Shown: piece by piece, positions 24,509 through 36,558 of the stretch
Layout: the number at the start of each line of letters is the position of its first letter
Position numbering within the stretch: position 1 is the first letter of the stretch
Source: Nemertoderma westbladi
Taxonomy: Eukaryota; Animalia; Xenacoelomorpha
Reading direction: 5' to 3'
Length of the DNA: 48,837 bases
NCBI GenBank assembly: GCA_032718475.1
Contig: JAUCBJ010001285.1
Location: forward strand, 1-48,837
Program-made: the position numbers and the translations under genes
Notes under the pieces: generated by a model
What the model saw: only the letters and a program-made list of their open reading frames with translations
Told to the model about the DNA's origin: nothing
The model's database searches: none

Positions 24509-27200
24509 TTATGAGTTAAACAGTATTGGCGACAGAAGTGAACCCTGTTTCACACCAATAATATATACCAATAATGTCCAATATACCAATATATACCAAT
24601 AATACACCAATAATGTCACTAATATTCCTTCACAATCTATAAGACCGTCAAATTTCAGATAGACGGTACTTACCATATAGTATTCTAAAATAGTTGCTAC
24701 TATGTGCAGGTTAACGAACTCCAACATTTTCCGTCCCAATACATCGTTGTTGACAGAGTCAAACGCCGCTTTGATATCCGACTGGCAGATGTACAATGTG
24801 GATCTCTGGGAGAGTTTATATTCTAAATATTCTAGAACTGTTGCTATGACGATATCGCACCCTATCTTATCTCGATACGCAGTTCGGTTATTACGCAGTT
24901 TAATATTTGACAGGAAGTCACTTAATATGATGCGTTCGAAAACTTTAGCCCAGATACTTATGGACGCTATGGGTCTATAGGACGACATTAAATAAGTCCC
25001 GTTGTTTACCTTTATACAGGCTGGTTATTACTGAATTACCAAAGAGCAATGGGACTTGTTTCCAATCCAAACATAAATTTATTACGTAGGATATCAGGTT
25101 GCAAATTGGATCCGTGTTCATATACAATATATGTTCTACAGTAAGGAATGCGAAGTCGGGGGACTTCCCAGTGGATAACGAGATGACAGCCCTCTTAACC
25201 GCCAGAGGGGATATCTGTGGAAGGGTGCTCTCCAAACAGGCGTCCTGCAGTTCAACTTTTAGCGTTTTGCTTAGCCCGTCATTCCCACCAAACTTGGCGT
25301 TGTAGTGGTTCCGCAAATCCAATTCCATGGTTGGTGGGGTGCAGGTAGTGTTCTCACGGTTGGCATTGTTCCAGAATTTATAAGGTTAGAGTTATATTCC
25401 CTGGACCACTTGTTTGAGGAATTTCACACAATGTTTTTCGATAGAAAGTTTCGAATTCTACGAGTGGGCCATTTCGACTCTTTGAATGCTGTCCCAATAT
25501 CGTGTGCATCAGTCTCACTCCATAGTTTATATAGATTCCGGATTGTTTTTGTACTGGATTCTAAAAGTTTTGAATGTATTCTTATGTTTTTAGTTGCTCG
25601 TCTCGGTTTTATAACCGGGTATAATCACATATGTATGCCATAGCAGCAGCAATAACATCGGTCTGTAGTTTTTTTCCATACTTTCATATATTCCATACTT
25701 ACATAACGCCCCAATGTTTACACCCTTTGAACGCATTACTTTTATATCGGTTAGTATATTATCGATGGCTGAGTCTACAGCTTTCTTATATTCGAGTTTA
25801 TTTCCATCTGTAGCTTTATCCCAGTTGCACATTAATTGTCTTATTTTATTATTCCTGGGATTGTTGCTATTGGATAAACGGTCACCTTTACGCTCCAGGT
25901 TAAAGTTTGCAAGCACTGCAGCGTGGTCGGAATAATTATCTATAGGATCGTCCTTAGAAACATGGCCAGTATTAATGAGTTCAAGGCAATCAACCGACGT
26001 AATCACGTGATCAATATATGACGACGTATTAATTCCATGTCCGCGAAAGGTTATTATCGGTCCATTAAATGGGTGTAGGTATCAGTGGCGCACAGGTTAT
26101 TATTATTTAAAAATTCATCAAGGTGTCGACCTCTTACCGTCGCTATGGTGTTATGTAGCTGCGCCCTTTTCCCCTCTAAATTGCCAAGGTCTATGAGTTA
26201 GAGTCTATGAGTATAATTGGGACACAACCGAGATATTGATTAATTAGCAAATGTAAGCGACCCAGAAAACTGTCATATAGAGTTGAATCCTTGGATTGGT
26301 CCGGAGCATAATAAGACAACACAATGATTGGTATCTCGCAGTTTTGCAACTCGGCAATGACCCCAATAATATCGTCTCTGCCGTTTACCTGCGACCAAGT
26401 CTTTATGATTTCCTTCTTAAATAAAAGGGCGACACCGCCAGCCCCATGTGTACGGTTTGGGTTCTCCATTAGGTGGCTGTCGGCTTATACGCAATGGAAA
26501 TTCGGGTTGTGCATCTGGAGTCTAGTCTGGCATTCCAAATCATCTAACCAGTGTTCCTGCAGTCCAAGAAAATCGCAGTCATCTAGCAGTTTGTTAATAT
26601 AGTCTGTGTTGCTGGCATATCTGTTTGTATTAAATGTGCAACATCTTACTGCGTTTAGCTTTCTGCCATCCTCTGTACTATGTGTGTCAAACCCGATACC
26701 GGTTGGCTTGGTCCCTATTATGATCGGCAAAATAAGTGTGTTGTCCTGTGTAGTCTCATTCCATTCTCGTGTTTTCTTGTCTGTGGGAATCCCGTTTCCA
26801 CCGGCTGTGTCTGAGTTATCGCAGTTACTACCATGGCGGTTAAGCTGTTCAGTGTGCCGCGATTTATACAGCCAGTCGTGACATTTTATCCCTTCTGGCC
26901 AGAAGCCTGCTTCCTTCATTCTTTCTGAGTCGTTTTTATTAACGGTTATACGAATGTTAATTTTATCTCGGTTGGTCTTTGTTGTGGTGCGTTGTACTGA
27001 GATTTTATGCTGATTTAAGTATTCTTGAACATCGTCCTCTGTATTTTCCCGGGATATTCCATTGACAAAGACAGCATGGAATTTTCCCCAGTCAGAGCAC
27101 TGTAGCTCTGCCGATTGTTTTCCCTTAGTCAATGACTTGTTAGAGTTTACAGGGCCCTGTCTGGAAAGAAAGTTGCTTTGGAGGGGTGCACTATTAGTAT
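24509..27200 (-). mobile_element. LINE fragment (RTEX-like): ORF1 end, APE endonuclease, RT N-half; truncated at both ends
   Basis: ORF1 FVNGI...FWPEGI. APE: TFN, LQEHWL, GGVALL, YIDHV, SDH. RT: YRPI, DIKAAFDSV, GVKQGSLLSPILFN, then an abrupt end before YADD. Clade is tentative. Confidence 0.85.
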
Positions 27201-27277
27201 GATGTTATGTGGACGTTTGTACTTTACGTAAATACGGTAATCTGTTCTTTTTGTTCTTATTGTCATTCAGGATGCAA

Positions 27278-29032
27278 TCAATTAAAAAAAAAATACAATC
27301 TGATACCAATATATACTAATAATACTATAATATACCGATATAATTTAATTTGCAGAAGACTCAATACATCATCTATGTCGTACACTTCTACCAGTGACTC
27401 TTCCCCATCTGGAATAGGTCCTTCCCAATCGACACCATACTCAAAATCATTAATGTCGATTTCATCAACCGTACTGTTAAGTCGGCTGTTTATAAATATT
27501 TTCTGGGGTGACCAATTCCTTTCTGTTTGGAGAGGGTGGGTATTCCATGCCACCACAAATTCTGTTAGCGCCCTGTTAATTCTACCCTGTAATATAAAGC
27601 ATAAATATTAGCTTATACATTCGATTATATCGCTCGTATAAATATTATATAAATATAATATGAATAAAATTATATTTTAAAATTTAGTAATGTGTAAAGT
27701 AAGAAAAATATGGAAAATATTTAATTAGAAATATATAATTAATCTACCATAAGATTGCAGGTTAAGCTTAAGCGAATTATTTGAAATTTTGAACGTTCAA
27801 CTCATAACAAAACCATCCTATCTAGAGAGCGATATCACCCCAAATATAAAGTAATATATTATCTGCCTACCAACCTGATACACTGATGGTGTAAGAAAAG
27901 CTCACTTACCTTATATACAAAATGTAGTGCGAACATAGTTGCGAATTTCTGGTGGGGTCTAATACTTGATTTCCTTCTAAATAATAAAATACATTGTAGA
28001 ACGTGTGGCATACAACTCTGAACACATCTCTCCAAAGTCTTTCAATTCTTTGATTGTGGGTGGAAGGGCCAGCTAAAAACTTCCACGGTTTAGTCCTCTA
28101 GCTCCAACCATATATGCTGCTACATCGCGATTCTCACCACCTTTATCGCCGCGAACTCTTGATGGTGTGCCATACAATTGTACAGCATTTTCAAAGGTTG
28201 AAAGAACTGTACTAGTGCAGTTATTAGTATTACATTGTAAATAAACAACTAAGCGTGAATATCCATCTATCGCACCATGTACTACAAGACCCCACCTAAT
28301 CAATGAATGATGTCCTCTCTATATGCCACAAGGCATTTGCGTGTGGGACATAGTATATTTCCTCCTATGCTCTAACGCGCCCCATCTCTGAGTGGAAAGT
28401 ATAGGATCAACAGCAATATGTGAGTAATATGTGAACTCTGCGTAGGGTTACGTGAATACCTTGGAATTTCAGAATACCTCGCACTAATCGACATCCAGCG
28501 TGAACCTGAACATACTCCCTATGAATGGCTTCAATCTTTGATTTTAAATCGATGTCGGATATAATAGTGAATGTATTTCTCCGTTAAATTTGAAATTGTC
28601 TCACCCGCCGAGTAATTGTGGACTTACTCACTCCAAACATTTTACTTATTTGTTTCCATGAAAATCCGCTGTCCCTAAAAAATTCAAGGCTTTCCTTATC
28701 GAAGACATATGTAGGTCGCCCTGATAACCCTGTATATACATAAGGGTCGGGCGTAGCCGAGTAGGGTTGGAACAACAAGTGCTTATAACCATATCGATGG
28801 GTTGAATTGTATTTAACCAACGCAGCCATTGTTTGGTTTCATTAAACAGTTGTCCAACAATAGTTGGGTGGATAATTTGATGACTTTCAATTTGCCCCAA
28901 TATCGCTACAAAATGTATATAGTCGTAATCATGTCCACGTACCCCAATGACAGAAATTGCCTCACATCTTTCTATAATGCTTCACAAATCGTCTAAAAAA
29001 GCGGAACCAAGGTCATCATGGGCTCTCATCAT
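27278..29032 (-). pseudogene. IS3EU-like DDE transposase 2 with one spliceosomal intron (27587-27909)
   Basis: HTH FSWKQISKMFGVSKSTITRR; [25 protein letters not shown]; [12 protein letters not shown]; STHNQRIERLWRDV; FALHFVYK|GRINRAL..WNTHPL. Stops and frameshifts present. Confidence 0.88.
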
Positions 29033-29129
29033 GGGCGAACACTCCGTACCTATTATGTACTGATTAGTAGGCCTACTGCTAGAGAACATAAACATTGTAA
29101 TATATGGCAATTCTTACAAATAAATAATA

Positions 29130-29514
29130 AAGGTAATAAATAATTGTTACTGCAGTAATAAATAATTGTTACTGCAGTAATAAATTATTGTTACTGCAGT
29201 AAGAAATAATTGTTACTGCAGAAATAAATAATTGCATTGCACTTGACACAATGAACCCGGCGTAGCATTCTTGTGAATATGCCATCCAGAGATTTGGTGT
29301 CCTCAGCAGTTAGAGCCCCGCATGGACTCCCATAGATGAGTACTGGAACTACTGCTGCTCTAAATAATCGGTCCTTAAGTTTCCACTGCAGCAAGAAATA
29401 AAAATAATTTTTATTTATTACTACAGTAATTAATAATTTCTACTGCAGTAACAATTATTTATTTCTGCAATAAGAAATATGGAGGCATTTTTACTGTTTC
29501 ATAGAGGTTTTTTA
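29130..29514. repeat. Right subterminal TTACTGCAGTAA array and partial TIR
   Basis: Inverted counterpart of 19672-20150, ending GGAGGCATTTTTACTGTTTCATAGAGGTTTTTTA. Confidence 0.88.
29233..29384 (-). mobile_element. Internal 152-bp RTE fragment within the array
   Basis: Near-identical to ~11042-11193 (LFRAAVVPVL.YGSPC...RMLRRVHCVK). No tail. Confidence 0.9.
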
Positions 29515-29517
29515 GAG

Positions 29518-30513
29518 GCACCAAATTTCGTACCCATCACCAAAAAGTACAAGTTTGAGAAGTCCAGTGCAGTTTTTGCTGATTCCATCGGCATAACGCA
29601 AGAAACAATATGATACTCTCTACTGATCAATTTGCTTATTTTCCAAAATTTGGTGCTGACACAACAATTGTCACCCACCAGCGAAAGATACAAGTTTGAA
29701 AACTCTTATGAAATTTTTACTGATTCCATTGAATTCAGAACCCTCACAAACCCGTATAACGCGAGAAACAAGGTGACACAATCAATTGATATATTTGATG
29801 GTTTTCAAAATTTGGTGCTAGCACAACATTTTGCACCCAGTCCAAACCCGATGTCTAGTTCGATAATTACATGTTCCATTGAATTCAGAACAGCGATAAA
29901 CCTCTAAAACGCAAGAAATTAATTGTCACAAGCAATTTTAAATATTGAATGGAATTTCAAAATTTCGTGCTAGCACCAAAATTTGCACACAGCACCGAAA
30001 AATACAAGTTGGATACGCTTGGTGCAAATCGTATATATTTTATCGAAACCAGAACCCCAAAAAACCCCAATTGCGTAAAAAACAAGTTTCAAACAATCAA
30101 TTTACAAAATTGACATATTTCAAAATTTGGTGCTGGCACCAAAATTTGGCACCCGCCGAAAAAAACAAGTTTGAAATTTCTAAAGCAATTTATATGAATT
30201 CCATCCCATTGCTCACACCAAAAAACCGGTGTAAATCAAAAATAGAGATGATACAATTCATATTTAATGAGATGTAATTTTCAAAAAACGTCTCAAAAAA
30301 AGTGCCAAAAGTAGGGTTAAAAAATGGTGCTATAACTCGAAAACTACCCAATATTTTTGAAAACGGTTTTCACTACTAGGAAGACAAAAGATTTTTAGGA
30401 AAAGTCATAAAATTTCAGATTCCCAACTGCGTTTGTTTCAGAATTATGATAAAAAAAACCACGGGGGGGGGGGTCATATTGACCCCCCCCCCCCCCCCCC
30501 GGGTTTAATAGGG
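29518..30513 (-). mobile_element. Second, inverted and truncated copy of the 12040-13627 piggyBac-like element
   Basis: Ends GGGTTTAATAGGG|TTAA and is the reverse complement of ~12040-13072. Confidence 0.9.
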
Positions 30514-30517
30514 TTAA

Positions 30518-31620
30518 TTAGTTATTTAAATAAATACTCTATATTGTCTGACTTACAATACGGCTTTAGGAAAAAATCCTACAGACGCTATATTGACGAT
30601 AACAGAAAGACTACGTGAAACTCTAGACTCACGAAATACTGGATGTGTAATCTCGATTGCCTTTGACACCTTAGATCAGGAAATATTACTACAAAAACTA
30701 AATTGGTATAGTTTTTGTAGTAATATTAATAATCAGGCCTACCACACAAACTGATTGCTAGCTATCTTACAGACAGATCACATACAATTGTATTCAATAA
30801 TATACAATCTGACCCACTAACTCCCTCCCCTCTGTGGTACACAACAAGGTGCTATTCTAAGCAGTACTCTCTTTCTACTTTATATAAACGACCTACCAAA
30901 CTGCACATCCCTACCTAATACTACACTTTTCGCTGACGATACAAACCTAATGTACTCACACAACAATACCAACTCCTTAATATCTACCGTTAATACTGAA
31001 TTACAGAATCTTAATGAATGGCTCACTGATAATAAATTATCACTTAACCTTAAAAAAACAGAATACTTATTATTTTATAATTCTAATGTACTCCAGAACT
31101 TAGCCCAACCTATCAAAATAAACAATACCAATATCAAAATCAAAAATGAAACTAAATTTTTAGGCATTTGGATTGTCAACAACCTAACCTGGAAAAATCA
31201 TTGCGCATATATTCTAAAGAAAATTTAAAAATCGGCCGGTATATTTTTTAAAATACGTCACCTGTTACCTCTAAATATATTAAATTGCTCTATTTATCAC
31301 ATATCCTCCCTTATATATTATATGGAATAACACTATGGGGCAACACTTATGATAAATATATTCACCCTATTCGTGTCAAATAAACAAAATTATTGGAGCC
31401 ATTACATTCGAATCCAATATATAAAGACCTAAAGATATTACCTATAGAAAACCTTTACAAACTCAGTTATTCAAACTCAGTCAAACTCAGTGATTCAGTT
31501 AGTAGCAACAAAAAATTCATTAAAATATAGCGGAACAAAACTTTGGAATTCACTACAATTTGAATTAAAACATAATAAATAAAAAAAGTCTTTCACTAAA
31601 TGTTATAAAATATACTTAAT
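30518..31620 (+). mobile_element. Decayed CR1/L2-group LINE RT 3' fragment
   Basis: QYGFR, AFDT, QQGAILS..LFLLYINDL, LFADDT, LSLNLKKT, KFLGI, LTWKNH. Confidence 0.85.
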
Positions 31621-31632
31621 CAATAATCTAAA

Positions 31633-32042
31633 TTGAATGGGAGAATCTTTTAGGCTCGTTAAGCCAAGGAATGCCTGTTCACCACCATGGGCGATCTTCC
31701 ACAGTAAACCCTTCCACTCTGTTTCCTAAAGGAATGCCTGTTCCCCACCATGGGTGAACTTCCACAGTAAACCCTCCCACTCTGTTTCCTAAAGGAATGC
31801 CTGTTCACCACCATGGGTGATCTTCCACAGTAAACCCTTCCACTCTGTTTCCCAAGTTGCCTTGGTTCCCATTTATCGACCACTGAAGGATGAAAGCCGT
31901 GGTTGGGCTAGGCTGCAGCATTTTAAGCACTGTGCCCAAACAGTGCTGCCCCATAGGGGCACAGGGCATAGGGCCGCTAGGGATCGAACCCGGGCTCCCT
32001 AATCGGAAGCACAGTAATGTCACCACTAGACCAAGCTGCTGC
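31633..32042 (-). mobile_element. tRNA-derived SINE (family 2) with a triplicated 63-bp internal segment
   Basis: A box TGGTCTAGTGG, B box GGTTCGATCCC, core GGCTTTCATCCTT...CGATAAATGGGAACC. Units start at 31666, 31729 and 31792. Homologous to 41836-42082. Confidence 0.85.
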
Positions 32043-33704
32043 TTTAATTTAATTTAATCTAAATTAACTAAACAATCAAGGAATTATTCGAATTAAGATT
32101 AACTCCTCGGTACAATAAATAAGGCAAAATTTCATCGTCGTCACTATCAGTGACAATTTATGTCTTTTTTTATATCTTTAAACTAAATATAATCAATTTA
32201 AATTTAAATTATTAACGTTCTTTATTTTATTTTGTTTTCTTTTCTATTTGAATATTAATAGGTATCGAGTTTGTAAAGCCTGTAATACTTAGTACTGACC
32301 TCTGTATAATTGATACAGACAACTTAATATTGCTAACTGCTAAGTATATATCTCTAATACTTCTGTGATAAAACGGCACAAATAAGTATTATCTTTGTTA
32401 GAACAAAATAAATTGCTTAGACTTATTATACTAGTGGAATTTACTACATCCTATTTACACTAGTACATCCCCACTGACATCATACTATGTATGTCTCTTA
32501 ATAAGACATTGTTGGGCTCACTGTACACACAATTTTTATAAATGGGTTTGGATGTAACTGATTATATGTTATTCTTCGAGCAATCAATATACAGTATATA
32601 TAAAGATAGACATGGTAGAAACACTTTTACATTGGAATGATTGTAAGAAATTTTTATTGTTCTTTGCTGCACAGTGGGGATGTTTTACATAGCTCGTAAT
32701 ATAATCCAATAAGAATATATAACATTTTGAATATTTTTTTATTATTTTCTGATACCAATACTGTTACATAATTTTTACATCGTTTTCCATCGTTTTTTTC
32801 TCATTTTATCATGTATCAATGACAGTTATGATTACTTTTTATTTGGTTAAGACAAAAACATATTTAACACATATTCACTAAATTGTTTTGGAACAAGCTT
32901 CAGTTTCACAACAAGCTACACAATATACAGGTTATGGGAGTGAGTTACGGATCTCCTGTAAACTGGAACTAATGATGTCGTTTACACAGTCCATTGGGCC
33001 TTGTCATCCCACAACCAACAGGTTTGGTATGGATGGTCTCAATTATCCATCCTGATAAAATCAAAGCATACTTTATTATTTATATATTATATTACTTTAT
33101 TATTTATATATTATATTACTTTATTATTTCTATTTTTACTTAATCACACTATTGCTCTCTCTAGTCGCTGGTTTAAAACTTTTTAAATACGTTCTTGTAC
33201 TAGTTAGTAAAAAAGGTAAAAAAAATGGCAGTGGCTGTAGACATGTTGAAGTATTAGCGAGTAAATTATAGAAGCATGTCGCACTCATGTCTTCTCTATT
33301 GAATGCGGTAACACTATCCCTTTACATGTTATGCGAATTTGTTAAAATCAATAATTACATAATGTATTAATTAACTGCATTATGTTCATATTATTTGATC
33401 TTTTGACCAATTTGTTGCCAGAACTCAAATCTGTTGCATTTCCTTCCCTTCAGTATGTTTCCAAAACAAATGATAACATATTATCTGTCTAAAAATTGCC
33501 TATATGAGTTTTCTTACGTGACTTCATTTCTGATGTCGGTATTCAAATTTGGCCTCGTATTTTCTGTCTGTATGCCTGTCAGTCTGTCCGTCAAAATATA
33601 ACCGACAGTCTGACAGCCAAACAGACAATGTGGAAGTCATTAAATGTTAAAACTGACACTCGAAATTGAAATCTGCAACCACGAAAACCCCCATAACTAA
33701 GATT

Positions 33705-33980
33705 TTACCTAGATGGTGTTCCCTCCTTCTTTTATAATTGTTCCATATATATTGTGAATGAAGTCTCGGTGTATAGACACCGAAGCCAAGAATCTGGCCA
33801 GATAATGAACAGTAATATGGTGAAATACTGCATTCGCCTTAGGGGTGACTATATTACCCAGATCAATGTGTAGTCAGCCTTAAATTTAGTGATTAGTGTA
33901 GGTAGGTTGTGGTCTAAGGAAGACCCATAGCAAGCTTCTACATCTTTGCTCAAGCTTCGAATAGCTGATACATAACATAT
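33705..33980 (-). pseudogene. Degenerate DNA-transposase C-terminal fragment (Chapaev/Transib-like, tentative)
   Basis: Across frameshifts: VEACYGSSLD...KFKADY..LG..VTPKANAVFHHI...SIHRDF..IWNNYK, resembling TPKxH...ESxH transposase motifs. Confidence 0.45.
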
Positions 33981-34539
33981 GGTAACACAGAAACGGCAGA
34001 AGTTGCTTCTAACTTTTCCAGATTCTTTAGTAGTATCCCACACCTGCAACCACTAAGGCAACCTACATTAGAAACTTCTTTCTGCACATGGAAACTCACA
34101 GCCAAGTGACATCGCACTCAATCGAGCCAAATCTTGTGGATCCCATGGTAGATGGTGTTGAAAGGGCCAGTGAGATGGGAGTTCGGGAGGGGGAAACATG
34201 TAATGATGGGTGTGGATGGATCTCGACCCTGTACTATTGGCAGATGTATGATATTGTCAAAATCCTTGAAAATGATGAAAATCACACTTTCATGTGATGA
34301 GATTAAAACTGTAAAAGCCTTAGGGTTTTAAACGCAACCAAGTTTTTTTTATTCTTAACTAGTATTAACTAATATTAAATAGCGAAAAATAAACTTTTTC
34401 TGACCTGTCATGTAGAATAGCATCTTAGGTACCTATATTCCAAATTATAGCCAAAACCAAATTTGAAACACTGAGAGTGATAAATCGAAGAGTTGTCCGA
34501 AAAGTGTACGTACACCCCCCCCCCCCCCCCCCCCCCCCT

Positions 34540-35007
34540 AACTGCATTCTTGGCCGCTGTAAGGGTCTCTTGAGGGGTCTCTCTCTGTGCCTTAGTGAGG
34601 TCCTCTCGGCACTTCCGAATTGGTCCGTCCTGGATGTGCCTTTATTCTGTTTCGAGGGTATACACACAGGAACTGTTTCGGTAGCTGCTAACTTAACTGA
34701 TTCTGTGAATGCAGTATAGCCCTCGCAGTGATCTGCCGCCTCAGAGGCAAGAGCCTCCTCATACCTGTTGTTCAGCTGTAGTGTGAAGCTGGATCTCACA
34801 CTGGGCTGTTGCAATAGAGATGACCATTGACCAATCATGCCTTTGTAAGCAAGATTTCGTAGTTTTCGTAGACTAAGTTTTACCTTAGCCACAATATGAC
34901 AATGATGATTAGAGAAGGGTCGAAGTGTAAATGAACTTGTCTTTTGCAGAGCTCCAGTATTTCTTATGAAACAGAATATGGTCTATCTGGGACTTAAGAC
35001 CACTGGG
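34540..35007 (-). mobile_element. RTE-type LINE fragment (end of APE endonuclease and linker)
   Basis: PSGLKSQIDHILFHKKYW...IVAKVKLSLRK...FTLQLNNRY...VKLAATETVP. Confidence 0.75.
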
Positions 35008-35811
35008 TCCAGTATTTCACTGTGTTTCTTGTACTGTGTCCCAGATGAAAACAAAACATTTCCAGATATGACATCCCGAAGATCGAATGAATCAAGATGG
35101 ACATTATTGCTGTATACCCATATAGATTTTGAGGAGTGATGGAGACTTGCTTTAAGGTCAAACTGGAATGATACGAATGCATGCTGATCCATGCCATCAA
35201 TTGTAGATTGTGGTAGAAATTTCCACCTATTCTACTGCGGTGACAACGATAGGACAAAGTCAGAACCACCTTACAAAACGTCTTAGCCAGTTTTCCAGAA
35301 CAATATAAGTAGCAATAATGAACTACACAAGGCTTCCTAACTCTAAGCCTAACGCCATACATTAAATGATACCGGCATTTGTATAGTGGTATAGTGTATT
35401 GCGGTTAGGCTTAGGGTTAGGGTACGATACATACCTCTCTGTTGAGCAGATTTAATATATTTGTGTTTTTTTATGTTGTTGTTTGTTTGTATTGTTTTGT
35501 GATTTTTGATGGCCCTAGTCGCTGAGTGCTATTTTGGGCTTTAATGTCCTGATTGTAAGTTTTTTGTTACTTTGTGGGTTTAAGGCTCGGGTTTTACCTG
35601 TTTATTTTATATATATATATACAATAGCCCCCTGTTAGTCAGTATGTCGCATGCAACCTTTAATTATCATTATATTTCAGTCTTTAGTGTGTCATGATAC
35701 AATGCTATAGCTTCCATTGGAATTACGGATAGACTAATTCAAAGCACATCATCGCATATCTAAGGTCGTTGCTTGATAGCAATCACAGTTTTTGAAAAAT
35801 AATAAATAAAA

Positions 35812-36110
35812 TATATAATAAATAATATAATATATAAAATAAAATATATATAAAATATAATATATAAAATAAAATATATATAAAATATAATATATAAAAT
35901 AAAATATATATAAAATATAATATATAAAATAAAATATATATAAAATATAATATATAAAATAAAATATATATAAAATATAATATATAAAATAAAATATATA
36001 TAAAATATAATATGTAAAATAAAATATATATAAAATATAATATATAAAATAAAATATATATAAAATATAATATATAAAATAAAATATATATAAAATATAA
36101 TATAAAATAA
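35812..36110. repeat. AT-only 30-bp minisatellite (~9 copies)
   Basis: Unit TAAAATATAATATATAAAATAAAATATATA. Confidence 0.95.
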
Positions 36111-36247
36111 TAATAAAAAATAATTATAAAAATAAATTATAATTGTTAATATTGAATATTAGTGCATGTATGTATACTGTAAGTATATCTAACTAAAACT
36201 AATTAAATAGCAAAAATTACCATAAATATAAATCGTGTGAAGTTATT

Positions 36248-36558
36248 ATGTTGTCGTATTCATATTGGTTTGGTTATTTCATATACGCTCTCAGTTTTCT
36301 ATATGTTATTAATCATTTTTATAATGATCGCACTCTGGTATATTTTCTTAATAAAAATGTTACGAATCCCATTCCCCTGACATATAAGACTCGAGTTGAT
36401 GCCAACGAATCCGCGATTGAAATATCTAATACAACATTCAGAGTTCGCAACATTGTTCATTATATTTGGATACATAAACAAAAATATGAATTTATTCACT
36501 ACCTCTGTATGTTTTCCGTATATAGAAATTTAGAGCCGGATTACATATATTTTCATAC
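36248..36558 (+). pseudogene. 5' part of a GT32-like (alpha-1,4-type) glycosyltransferase, interrupted by RTE
   Basis: N-terminal TM-like anchor, stem with N-x-S/T sequons, then VRNIVHYIW...FIHYLCMFSVYRNLEPDYIYFH. Ends at the RTE tail; no DxD motif present. Confidence 0.7.

Larger units (their letters stand above)
19638..29514. mobile_element. Outer IS3EU-like DNA transposon (HECT gene on +, transposase on -), right tip deleted
   Basis: Starts TATGG exactly where the Gypsy LTR match stops. 19672-19710 is inverted at ~29475-29514. Both ends carry TTACTGCAGTAA arrays. Confidence 0.75.

Noticed and set aside
20820-29032. Bacterial IS3/IS481 contamination or functional transposase genes
   Set aside because: A spliceosomal intron, HECT cargo and nesting with LINE/LTR elements indicate eukaryotic origin. 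Both genes have stops and frameshifts.
35335-35425. Telomeric repeat (TTAGGG-like)
   Set aside because: Only two or three imperfect units in a small inverted arrangement; not an array.
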